Assembly: GCA_965206845.1 (NCBI GenBank)
Contig: OZ242221.1
Span: 512,001-576,000 of the forward strand
Direction of reading: 5' to 3'
DNA length: 64,000 nt
Source of the DNA: Cenarchaeum sp.
Lineage (GTDB): Archaea; Thermoproteota; Nitrososphaeria; Nitrososphaerales; Nitrosopumilaceae
The position numbers were made by a program, and so were the translations under genes. Shown here in pieces: positions 37,096 through 46,189 of the stretch. Positions within the stretch are counted from its first letter, which is position 1. Each line of letters opens with the position of its first letter. The notes below the pieces were generated by a model, which saw only the letters and a program-made list of their open reading frames with translations, searched no databases and was not told the origin of the DNA.

Positions 37096-37797
37096 TCAAA
37101 GGCTGACAGCCCCAAAGCCCTCCCGCACGGTGCGCGCAGACTCGAGGTTGTACCGGTATATTATCCCCGAGTACTCCTGCAGAAGATCCATCATGCCGTC
37201 CACCGAATCCGCAAGGTAGAATCCCGGGCAGTCTCCGGTGAATTGAAATGTAGCGTGAACCCGGGCACGACCGCCCTCGCCTGCAAGCCACGTGGAGAAG
37301 GGATACAGATAACAGACGCCCGGTCGTCCGGGATGGATGCCGCACGCCCCGTCCCCGTCAAGAAACCTGCACGACACATGCGTGCCGTCGTCGGCCGCCG
37401 TCTCGCCCTCTTTTCTCTTCAGATTGATCATGGTCATCAACGTACTACGGCCGTCGGGTCCTGCTTCCTCCCAGGTAGCGGTCACAGTCTCCTCCCTGAC
37501 AAAGTCCGATGCCCGACGGTACTTTAGTCCAGTGCCTATGGTGATCAGATCATCGTATGTCAACGGCAGCCTTCCCTGCCTGTTGCAGCAGTTGTGGCAG
37601 TCTGGCCAATAGCACTTCCACAGCACATACTTTTTGTGATCCACAAGGTACGGGATGTGAAATGTCACGTCACCTGTTTGTACCACACGATCCGACACGT
37701 TTGATATCCTGCGCAGTACAAAGTCCTTGATAACGGGATCGATGTCCCAGTCACGCTCCAGCAGCATTAGGGACTCAGATATCTTGTCCTGAGACAA
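37096..37797 (-). CDS. YkgJ/CxxCxxCC-family cysteine cluster protein
   Basis: C..PDCHNCC, CRFLD, CGIHPGRPGVCYLYPF, CPG. Confidence 0.88.
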   Translation of the reverse strand: MSQDKISESLMLLERDWDIDPVIKDFVLRRISNVSDRVVQTGDVTFHIPYLVDHKKYVLWKCYWPDCHNCCNRQGRLPLTYDDLITIGTGLKYRRASDFVREETVTATWEEAGPDGRSTLMTMINLKRKEGETAADDGTHVSCRFLDGDGACGIHPGRPGVCYLYPFSTWLAGEGGRARVHATFQFTGDCPGFYLADSVDGMMDLLQEYSGIIYRYNLESARTVREGFGAVSL

Positions 37798-37829
37798 ATC
37801 AAGTTATAACCCGCACGGTATTGTTATTA

Positions 37830-38174
37830 ATGTTGGGCGTCAAAGGCAAATACGCGGCGGCAACAGAGAGCAGGCGGTTTGTCTGGAAGGAGATAGTCTG
37901 GCCGCTGATACTGGAGGTAAACGATGTAGCCTTTACCTTGGAGCAGTACCAGGTAAAGCGCGACTACGTCTCAAGAAGGGACGGCATCAGCATCTACAGG
38001 CTCTCCCGCGGACTGGCATCCCTGCTGCAAAAGGGCCTGCTGAACAAGGAGAACAAGCTGTACTCGATCCACTACCGCCTCATCCCATACATGAGGCTCA
38101 AGGCCGAATGCGATTATGCCACGGCGCTAAACGAGACAAAGATGTGGCCAGTGGTGAAGATCGCACAGGGGTAG
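37830..38174 (+). CDS. Hypothetical protein, possible winged-helix fold
   Basis: Intact ORF with TTATAA box about 25 nt upstream; SRGLASLLQKGLL..ENKLYSI helix-wing pattern. Confidence 0.7.
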   Translation: MLGVKGKYAAATESRRFVWKEIVWPLILEVNDVAFTLEQYQVKRDYVSRRDGISIYRLSRGLASLLQKGLLNKENKLYSIHYRLIPYMRLKAECDYATALNETKMWPVVKIAQG

Positions 38175-38395
38175 GACAGGTAGTCCGGACAGCCATTTGC
38201 GGCTGTGTCCTAGAGACATAACCCCACAATCATCCGCCGTCGTCGCGTCGGTACGGGTATTCTTCGAATTCTTGGGATTGCGGTATTTTTCCCACATCTC
38301 CGGCTTCAAACGCTGTCCGAAACTGTAAAATCCCATCCGATCCAAGGGATGGTGCGCAGGCTCCCCTACGGGCGGCGCGGGTGTCTCCGCGCCGG

Positions 38396-39499
38396 TTATG
38401 CAGCCATTGCAGTGAGCGACTCGTGCGTGAGCCTGCCGCTTTTTACGTGCGATCGCGCGACTACCCCTATGTTGTAACAAATGATCCGGATTGCAACCTC
38501 TCGGTTCTGCCGGACGAGCCTCCTGCCCCGGAGGTGGTTCCCGTACATCTTCTTGATTGCCCCAAAGACGGCTTCGATTATGCTGCGCTGGTGGTACTCT
38601 GCCATGAACCTGTCAAGGTCGTCCCTGTGGGTCCGGGTCATCTCGCCCCAGGCTTGGCTGCCGCCGTTCTTGCAGGTCGTGTTGGATTTGGGCAGGATGC
38701 GGGGCGTCATGCCCATGCCGGCTATCGCGTCGCATATCAGTCTGGCTAGGTAGGCCGAGTCCAGGCAAAAGTTGCCGTTCCCGTCCGCAAGCCGGTCCAA
38801 CATGGGCCACATGCCGGTGATGTCGGAGGTGTATCCGTCGGTGACGTGATAGTCCAGGATGGCTCTGGTCGCGATATCGATGATGCTGTGAAGCTTGATC
38901 CACCCGCGCTTGGTCTTGGCCTGGCTGTGGCGGATGCTGAACCAGCGGACGAACCGGTTGCCTGAGTAGCCGGTGCTGTCCCCGGCCAGCGAACCGGCCA
39001 CGATGTCGCCTGTGATCCTCAGGTGAACCTCGCGCAGGTACGACTCGGGGATCAGGCCGTAGGCGCGCCATATGGTGCTCTTGGAGGGTATCCCGGACAG
39101 TCCGATCCTGCTGACAAGATCCGGGTGCATTCTGAGGCAGCCCACCATCTTCCTGTAGGTCTTCATCTCTGCTTCCATCATGATGCAGACAACGGCCATG
39201 GCCTTTGGCGGATAGGCGGTCATGCCGCCCAGTCCAGAGACATGATCCGCAATTAAGAATCGGGCCTTCGATGCCCATAATCTTACAGATGTGTGCTCCA
39301 AAGCATGCAACTTTCGTATGATTATGCCAAAGATCGTGCTCTAATATGCCTGCGTGCTAATTACGAATCACATCTCAGGTCTGGCTTGGTAGGGGTCACC
39401 CATCTCCTTGATGGTGTTCAATATGGTGCTCAGTATCAGGCCCGGCAGGTACTGCTGGACAATATTGAATGGTCGCTGATCGCGTCTTCCATCTGTCAT
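38396..39499 (-). pseudogene. DDE transposase interrupted by the 138-bp MITE
   Basis: N-terminus MTDGRRDQRPFNIVQQYLPG... from ATG 39499 matches copy 1; the MITE introduces a stop; GDSTG, CLDSAY, YHQRSIIEAVFGAIKK retained. Confidence 0.88.
39238..39375. mobile_element. 138-bp MITE, copy B (inverted), 3-bp CAG TSD
   Basis: 3 differences from copy A by manual comparison; CAG at 39235-39237 and 39376-39378. Confidence 0.92.
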
Positions 39500-39618
39500 T
39501 GGCGGGGCCGCGATCCGCCGATCAATATACCCTGCTATTTAGAGATGATCTATATCTGTAGGACACAGCCGCCATTTGCAGAATAATTATATGGCAACCG
39601 GATTGCAACAGACACTGT

Positions 39619-39713
39619 AGCCCGATAGTCTAGTTAGGTCAAGGATCTCGCGCTCTGGATCTTACCTGAGGGGATACGCGGGGACGGCAGTTCGAATCTG
39701 CCTCGGGCTACCA
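39619..39713 (+). tRNA. tRNA-Gln(CTG) with 17-nt canonical 37/38 intron (39659-39675), CCA encoded
   Basis: Acceptor AGCCCGA/TCGGGCT-A-CCA, anticodon stem TCGCG/CGCGG, loop CT-CTG-G, T arm GGCAG-TTCGAAT-CTGCC. Confidence 0.9.
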
Positions 39714-39715
39714 CC

Positions 39716-40315
39716 CTATCTTGAGGCCTGTGCTATTCTCTCCAGCTCGTTCTTCTTCTTTACCGATGGCGCGTCGGAATCGTTGTTCTGCGCCCGGATG
39801 AGGTGCTCGGCCAGGTGCTCCTCGATTGGCTTTGGGTTGGAGAAGGTCGCCTCCTTGACGCCGTCTGCGATAAACCTCAGGGCCAGGTCCACGCGTCTGA
39901 TGGGTGCCACATCCACCGACACGTGGTATACGGTGCCGCCGTAGACTATTCTCGTGGTGTCCTCGTTGGGCGCAGAGTTCTCCACTGCCCGCACCAGAAC
40001 CTCCACGGGGTTCATGCCGGTCTTGATGTGTATGATCTCAAAGGCTACCTTTACCGTGTTGAAGATGTTCATCTTCTTGCCGGTCATTCTGCCCGTATTC
40101 TTTGCGTACCTCTTGCCAAAATGCATCATCTTGTTTGCCAGCCTCTCCACTAGGTTTACGTCTGCCTTGTTGAAGCGCTTGAGTGCAGAGCGACCAAAGG
40201 TCATGGGCATGATCATCTTCTTCATGGATATAGCGGTCTTGAGGCCAGGATCCCTGACCTCGATCTTTGACATGTCCCACTTTCTGAACAGAAGCAGATT
40301 CTTTGTCTGGGCCAT
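39716..40315 (-). CDS. rps7: 30S ribosomal protein S7
   Basis: NPVEVLVRAVENSAPNED, VDVAPIRRVD, ELERIAQASR. Confidence 0.97.
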   Translation of the reverse strand: MAQTKNLLLFRKWDMSKIEVRDPGLKTAISMKKMIMPMTFGRSALKRFNKADVNLVERLANKMMHFGKRYAKNTGRMTGKKMNIFNTVKVAFEIIHIKTGMNPVEVLVRAVENSAPNEDTTRIVYGGTVYHVSVDVAPIRRVDLALRFIADGVKEATFSNPKPIEEHLAEHLIRAQNNDSDAPSVKKKNELERIAQASR

Positions 40316-40319
40316 TGCA

Positions 40320-40757
40320 CTACCGCCTGGGTTTCTCCTTTTTTCCGATTACCAGCTCGTGCAGCGACGTGCCGTTTACCTTGAATACCTTGTACCGCAC
40401 GCCCGGAATGTCCCCCATGGCGCCGCCCTGCGTAGCCCCCATGCCTTCAATGTGCACCTCGTCGTGCTCGTCGATAAAGTTCATGGCGCCGTCGCGGGGC
40501 AGAAACGCCGTGACGGATCTGCCGTTTTTGATCAGCTGTACACGGACGCACTTTCTTACCGCAGAGTTGGGCTGCTTGGCCTCCACGCCCACCTTCTCCA
40601 GCACTATGCCGCGTGCCTGCGGCGAGCCGCCCATCGGATTTGACTTCCTGTCCAAGCCAAGCTTTCTTCGTTTGTATGTGGAGATGGACCAGCGCTGTCT
40701 CTTCTTCTTGGCCTTGAGCACGCGTCCTGCAAATAGTCCCAGCGGTGATTTTGCCAC
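40320..40757 (-). CDS. rps12: 30S ribosomal protein S12
   Basis: [21 protein letters not shown]. Confidence 0.97.
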   Translation of the reverse strand: MAKSPLGLFAGRVLKAKKKRQRWSISTYKRRKLGLDRKSNPMGGSPQARGIVLEKVGVEAKQPNSAVRKCVRVQLIKNGRSVTAFLPRDGAMNFIDEHDEVHIEGMGATQGGAMGDIPGVRYKVFKVNGTSLHELVIGKKEKPRR

Positions 40758-40761
40758 AGCA

Positions 40762-41226
40762 TTACAACTCCATCTTTGCAGCTTCGGGACTGTTGATTAG
40801 AACGTTGGCGATACCAAAGTATCTACGGGCAAGCAGTCTTGCCTTCTCGGCGTTGCGTCCGTCCCGGCCCACCACGAGACCCTTGTTGCGAGGATCTACT
40901 ACAACTATGGCCTGCTGTGCCCCATCGGGGCGCTTTGTTATCTTTGCCTCGGTGACCAGCTTGTTGTTTAGTAGGTTCTTCAGGAATGTTGCCGGATCCT
41001 CGTTGTACTCCACCAACTCGATGTTTCTCCCGACCATCTTCTGCAGTGTCTTGATGTGCGCCCCGTTTTTTCCTATCGCCAGGCCCATCTTGCCCGAATT
41101 TACTACAAATATGATGCGGTTCTGTTTTTCGTCCTCCACGCAGTCCCGGGGGTTTACATTGGCAACATTCTGAAACAACGACATCAGACGCATCTGATCG
41201 ATTGTCAGGTTTATTGATTGTGTCAA
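40762..41226 (-). CDS. nusA: Archaeal NusA-like KH-domain transcription factor
   Basis: MGLAIGKNG and [13 protein letters not shown] motifs; conserved operon position. Confidence 0.93.
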   Translation of the reverse strand: MTQSINLTIDQMRLMSLFQNVANVNPRDCVEDEKQNRIIFVVNSGKMGLAIGKNGAHIKTLQKMVGRNIELVEYNEDPATFLKNLLNNKLVTEAKITKRPDGAQQAIVVVDPRNKGLVVGRDGRNAEKARLLARRYFGIANVLINSPEAAKMEL

Positions 41227-41291
41227 GATGCCTCCATTTTAGATCAGAATCAGCCTGACTCCATTTAAACCTTCAATAGTACTGTGCACTG

Positions 41292-41603
41292 TCACTCTTC
41301 TTCAGACTCGTTGATTATGGATGTTATGCTGTTTTCAGCTAGTGAGTTAAATGATACGGTAGATACACGAAACTGCCGTCCGCACAGCCGTCCCAATGCC
41401 ATCGAGGTGCCCGCAAACTTGAGTGTCCGCACCTCATGCGCCTTTGCTGCCTCCTCAAGCCGGATCATGGACGAGGTAGGCACCGATCTGGAGAGCACCA
41501 CCAGCTTCGAGTCGACCATGGTTCCCAGCACCTGCTTTGCGCCCAGAACGCACCGGTTCTCCTTGATCTCGTCACGAAGCGTCTTTTGTAGCAGTTTGTT
41601 CAT
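41292..41603 (-). CDS. rpl30e: 50S ribosomal protein L30e
   Basis: VLGAKQV, GTSMALGRLCGRQFRVS; upstream of nusA. Confidence 0.88.
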   Translation of the reverse strand: MNKLLQKTLRDEIKENRCVLGAKQVLGTMVDSKLVVLSRSVPTSSMIRLEEAAKAHEVRTLKFAGTSMALGRLCGRQFRVSTVSFNSLAENSITSIINESEEE

Positions 41604-41765
41604 GTCTGTAGGCTTGATCTCACCGCAGGGGCTTTATAACATTATTGAAGACCAAAAGGATCCGGTCAAAGGCCACAACGGGTGCCATGTCCCACGAATT
41701 GCACAGGCATGATATGCTCAACGTTTTGGTTTGTGTTTACTAAATTAAACATGCGCAACTAAGAG

Positions 41766-42206
41766 ATGCACCATGGATCCGATCCCATGAGCCTGTCTGA
41801 GTTCATGAGCAGGATAGATGACAACCCCTACTACCCTGTGGATCTGGCAGACTATCCCGGCATGTTTGACTTTAGAATTACGCAAAACGGCATGGTTTAC
41901 CTTGAGCGACTCAGGGAGGAGCTGGAGTCGGGCTCAGAGTTTTCCGATGCAAAGTGTCTCTACATGGGCATCCTCTACCTTGGATGCGCGGTTGCCACGA
42001 GGAGCCCCAAGGAGTGCAAGGGGTGGCAGGTGTACATGTTTCTGGTGGGAAAGACAACAGACATGTACACGCCGGAGATCAAGGCTGATCTTATGCAGAT
42101 GGGCTGCATTGAAGACAACCCGGAGTACAACCCAAAGCTGTACAAGCGGCACCTTATCTGGAAGATGAAGGCGTTCACGTCCACCGGCTGCGGCGGGCCA
42201 TGGTAG
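41766..42206 (+). CDS. Hypothetical protein
   Basis: 146-aa ORF filling the gap between rpoA and rpl30e on the opposite strand; no motif recognised. Confidence 0.65.
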   Translation: MHHGSDPMSLSEFMSRIDDNPYYPVDLADYPGMFDFRITQNGMVYLERLREELESGSEFSDAKCLYMGILYLGCAVATRSPKECKGWQVYMFLVGKTTDMYTPEIKADLMQMGCIEDNPEYNPKLYKRHLIWKMKAFTSTGCGGPW

Positions 42207-42289
42207 AAGAAGAGCCGTAGCTTGCGCAGAGAAGCCTTTTGCTGCAGTCGATATACCGAACTAACTCTTCTTGCAACAGATGTCTTGTG

Positions 42290-45200
42290 CTAGATTCCGC
42301 TCTCTTCGTCTGGAGCCTGGACGGAGTCCGTCTGGGTCTCTGCGGAATCTGTCTGGACTTCTGTGGAACCAGGCGCATCCGTGGAGTCGGCCTGGGCATC
42401 TGCGGAATCGTCTCGGGCTCCCGCGGACTCCATGTACAGATCCACGGTTCCGCTTCCGATGGGTATGTTGCTTCCCACTATGACGTTCTCCGTCACGCCC
42501 TTAAGCTGCTCCACCTCGCCGCCTAGCGCCGCGCGGGCTATGGTGGGAACTGTAATCTCAAAGGCTGCCCGGGCAAGCACACTGTCCTTGGTTCCTGCCA
42601 CACCGTGACGGCCTATCTGCTGCATCTTTCCTTGGGAGCACATCAAGTCTGCCACCAGCATGATGTACCGAACATCCACCTCCAGACCCTGATCCTCCAA
42701 GGTGGACTTGATCTCGTTTATCAGGGCGCTGCGGGCGGCCTCGATTCCCAGCGTGCCTGCAATCTCAAACACATTATTGGTTCTGACGTTCTTGACGTCT
42801 ATGCCCTTGACCCCCAGCACCTTGGCTAGGTTGGAGCCCGTGGTCTGGATCACCCACTCGTTGTTCTTCTGGATCAGGGTGACCCGCTCTATGTCGGGGA
42901 CGCCCTTGACAATGGCGTTGAGAACCTTGTTCCTGGTAGCTATTATGGTCGGCGCGTCAAGCTCATCTACCAGGTTCAGCACCAGCTGGTCCCGGTTCTT
43001 CTCTATCTTGAACTTTTTGTTGGACGACAGCGCATTCTTGACGTCATCTATGGTGCAGCCGCGATCCCTCATCTTTTTGTAGTCCAGGTTCAGCGCTATG
43101 TGCGAGGCGTAGTCAGTGGGGCTGTCTATAACCAGCTGGCCCACCTTTGTCTTGAGCACGTTCCTTGCTATGTCGATTGCCCTTTCGCGGGATCCTTTTG
43201 AGTCCTGGTCCAGATAGATGTCCATGGTGGGCGTAACGGGCTTTTTGCGCGCATCCACCAGTTCGATGAGCCTCGGAAGTCCCAGGGTGACGTTTCTCTC
43301 CCTGATTCCCGCAAAGTGAAATGTCCTCAGGGTCATCTGTGTTCCGGGCTCGCCTATGGACTGGGCGGTAACGATGCCCACGGCCTGTCCTGGCTCCACC
43401 TGTGCCTTGTTGTACAGGTCCAGCCCCTTCCTGCATACCTTCTCGGCACCCTCCACACTGAGAGACGACTCGTGCAGCCCGGCAGTCACCATCTGCCGTA
43501 GCCTTGGGTTGAACGTTCTCGTGTACTTTTGTGCCAGCGCCTCCATCTCTTCTGTGGTGGCCTCGTCGTCCGTATCCACTATGGTCTCAGAGTCTATGAG
43601 CCTGTGTATGTTGAATGCCTCGCCGTGATCGCTCTTTGCCACGTCTATGCCGTCTTCGCCGTACAAGAACTGTATGATGTGGCCGTGGGGATCCCGCACG
43701 GTGCCGTCGTACTCGAGCCGGATGTGTTCCAGAGCGTTGATAAGCCGGCGCTGCATGTATCCGCTCTGCTGCGTTCTCACCGCGGTGTCCACAAGGCCCT
43801 CCCGGCCTGCCATTGCGTGAAAGAAGAACTCAAGTGTGGAGAGGCCGTCGCGGTAGTTGGACTTGACGAATCCGTGGGCATCCGGGTTGCGGTCGTTCTC
43901 CTCAAAGTGCGGTAGGGCGCGGTTGTTGTACCCCTTGAGGAGACGCTGTCCACGGCGGGACTGCTGTCCCAGCGAGCCTGCCATCTGGCCGATGTTCAGT
44001 GCGGAGCCGCGGGCGCCGGTGGTCGCCATTATCTTGGCGGGGTTGTTGTCGTCAAAGGAGTGATCGGCGATCGAGCCTGCATTGTCTCTGGCCTTTGAGA
44101 GCTCGTTTACTATGTAGGCCTCCAGCGCCTCGTCCTTGGAGAGGCCACGGGTGAGCTTTAGCGTGCCGTCTTCTGCCTCTTGCGCATAGTCGGCCACCAC
44201 ATCGTAGGAGTGCTGTATGTTGTTGAATATCTCCTGGCGCGTTGGGTCGGAGAGCTCCAGATCGCCGTATCCGTAGCTGAACCCGTAGTGCGTGATGAAC
44301 TGCTTTGCGATTATAAGTACGGAGTTGAGGAATGTCTTTGCCTGCGCGTTGCCGTAGTCCTTTGCTATGCGGTGCAGGACGCTCTCAGGCTCCTCTGCGC
44401 CTATGGAGGACTTGTCTATTACACCTCTGAGGAGTTTGCCGTTTTTTATCACCACATCCTTGTCCTTGCCCTTTGTACCCTTTGACCACTTGGAGGTCAT
44501 GATGTAGTTAAAGTCCCCTGGAAGGAACAGCGAGAAGAGCTGCTTGCCCGTATACTCACCGCGGCTTGCGGGCTCCGGAAGCTTTCCATTGTATCCTCCA
44601 AGCATTGCAAGGTTTGCAAACTCCTGCGAGGTCAGCGTGGTTCCGTCACGGGTAAGAAGGTACGCCCCGGTCACAAAGTCCCGAAGTCCGCCGATTATCG
44701 GGCCGCCGTATCTGGGAGATATCAGCTGATCCTGCACCCTCATCAGGAGGATGGCCTCGGCCCTGGCCTCCTCGCTCTGGGGAACGTGGAGGTTCATCTC
44801 GTCGCCGTCAAAGTCTGCGTTGTATGGCGGGCAGACGGCCGGATGCAGCCGGAACGTCTTGCCCGGCAGCACCCTGACATAGTGCGCCATTATGGACATC
44901 TGGTGCAGTGATGGCTGCCTGTTGAACAATACGATATCTCCGTCCAAGAGGTGCCTCTCAACCAGGTAGCCGGTCTCCAAGGTCTCGGCTATGGCTGACC
45001 TGTCCTCAACAAAGTCCAGCCGGATCTTTACGCCGTCACGGCGCACGATATAGTTCACGCCGGGGTACATGCTGGGCCCGTTGAGCACCAAGTTCCGCAT
45101 CCGCTGTATGTTCCACTCGGTCACAACCTCGGGTATTGTAAGCTTCTTTGCCACGGGCACCGGAACGCCCACCTCGGAGAGATCCAGGTTCGGATCCGGC

Positions 45201-46189
45201 GAGATTACGGTTCTGCTGGAAAAGTCCACCCTCTTCCCTGAGAGCGAGCCGCGGAACCGCCCCTCCTTGCCCTTGAGCCTCTGCGTCAGTGTCTTCAGCG
45301 GCCTGCCCGAGCGGTGGTGCGCCTGCGGTATGCCAGACACCTCGTTGTCAAAGTATGTGGTAGTGTGGTACTGCAGAAGGTCCACCAGATCCTGAACTAT
45401 GAGCGGCGGGGTGCCGGACTCCTTACTCTCCTTGAGCCTCTGGTTTACCCGAATTATATCGACTATCTTGTGCGTCAGATCGTCCTCGGAGCGGATGCCC
45501 GTCTCCAGTATTATGGAGGGGCGCACGGTTACCGGGGGCACCGGCAGAACCTGCAGTATGAACCACTCTGGCCTGGCGGTGGCAGGATCGTACCCCAGCA
45601 GCACCAGGTCCTCGTTGATTATCTGCGCAAACCGCCCGCGGAGCGTAATTGGAAGCAGCCTGTGTTCGCCCAGCTCGGTCTTCTCGGAGAAGGACGTGGG
45701 CTTGGTAAATATGAGATCGTACTGGATCTTGCCGCAGTGCGGGCATTCCTTTGCCTTTCGTGCCTTGTCAATTATCGCGTCGGGTATCTTCTTCTGGGAG
45801 ATTACCGTGTACGCCGCCTTTTTGTTGCGGATAACGTCAAACTGCTCCAGGTCAGCCTGTGGCACCTTGAGGCGGGAGCACGATCTGCAGGTGGATATCA
45901 GCAGCTTGTAGATGTTGTCAATGAACGCAATGTGCAGCACGGGCTCTGCCAGCTCAATGTGCCCAAAGTGTCCCGGGCACCTAGCCGCCGTATTCCCGCA
46001 GGTCAGGCACTTCTGGCCCGGCTCCAGCGTGCCCAGCCTGCCGTCCATGAGACCGCCCTGCACGGGCATGCCGTCCTCGTCGTAGGTTTCCGGTGCGGTA
46101 ATCTCTGCCACGGAGTATTTTCGGATCTCGTTTGGGGACCAGACGGAGAACCGGATGGAGCTTATCGATTTTATTACCTGGTACGACAT
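42290..46189 (-). CDS. rpoA: DNA-directed RNA polymerase subunit A, fused A'+A'' (Rpo1); start at ATG 46189
   Basis: CPGHFGHIEL, YNADFDGDEMN, and the A'' motif AQSIGEPGTQMTLRTFH in the same frame. Confidence 0.97.
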   Translation of the reverse strand: MSYQVIKSISSIRFSVWSPNEIRKYSVAEITAPETYDEDGMPVQGGLMDGRLGTLEPGQKCLTCGNTAARCPGHFGHIELAEPVLHIAFIDNIYKLLISTCRSCSRLKVPQADLEQFDVIRNKKAAYTVISQKKIPDAIIDKARKAKECPHCGKIQYDLIFTKPTSFSEKTELGEHRLLPITLRGRFAQIINEDLVLLGYDPATARPEWFILQVLPVPPVTVRPSIILETGIRSEDDLTHKIVDIIRVNQRLKESKESGTPPLIVQDLVDLLQYHTTTYFDNEVSGIPQAHHRSGRPLKTLTQRLKGKEGRFRGSLSGKRVDFSSRTVISPDPNLDLSEVGVPVPVAKKLTIPEVVTEWNIQRMRNLVLNGPSMYPGVNYIVRRDGVKIRLDFVEDRSAIAETLETGYLVERHLLDGDIVLFNRQPSLHQMSIMAHYVRVLPGKTFRLHPAVCPPYNADFDGDEMNLHVPQSEEARAEAILLMRVQDQLISPRYGGPIIGGLRDFVTGAYLLTRDGTTLTSQEFANLAMLGGYNGKLPEPASRGEYTGKQLFSLFLPGDFNYIMTSKWSKGTKGKDKDVVIKNGKLLRGVIDKSSIGAEEPESVLHRIAKDYGNAQAKTFLNSVLIIAKQFITHYGFSYGYGDLELSDPTRQEIFNNIQHSYDVVADYAQEAEDGTLKLTRGLSKDEALEAYIVNELSKARDNAGSIADHSFDDNNPAKIMATTGARGSALNIGQMAGSLGQQSRRGQRLLKGYNNRALPHFEENDRNPDAHGFVKSNYRDGLSTLEFFFHAMAGREGLVDTAVRTQQSGYMQRRLINALEHIRLEYDGTVRDPHGHIIQFLYGEDGIDVAKSDHGEAFNIHRLIDSETIVDTDDEATTEEMEALAQKYTRTFNPRLRQMVTAGLHESSLSVEGAEKVCRKGLDLYNKAQVEPGQAVGIVTAQSIGEPGTQMTLRTFHFAGIRERNVTLGLPRLIELVDARKKPVTPTMDIYLDQDSKGSRERAIDIARNVLKTKVGQLVIDSPTDYASHIALNLDYKKMRDRGCTIDDVKNALSSNKKFKIEKNRDQLVLNLVDELDAPTIIATRNKVLNAIVKGVPDIERVTLIQKNNEWVIQTTGSNLAKVLGVKGIDVKNVRTNNVFEIAGTLGIEAARSALINEIKSTLEDQGLEVDVRYIMLVADLMCSQGKMQQIGRHGVAGTKDSVLARAAFEITVPTIARAALGGEVEQLKGVTENVIVGSNIPIGSGTVDLYMESAGARDDSADAQADSTDAPGSTEVQTDSAETQTDSVQAPDEESGI

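Larger units (their letters stand above)
38201..39570. mobile_element. IS5-family (IS903-like) insertion sequence, copy 2, 9-bp TSD
   Basis: TIRs GGCTGTGTCCTAGAGACATA / GGCTGTGTCCTACAGATATA; GCCATTTGC at 38192-38200 and 39571-39579. Confidence 0.93.

Noticed and set aside
39238-39310. ORF-track start of a 304-aa intact transposase
   Set aside because: This N-terminus is read from the inserted MITE; the real start is at 39499 and is cut off by a stop codon
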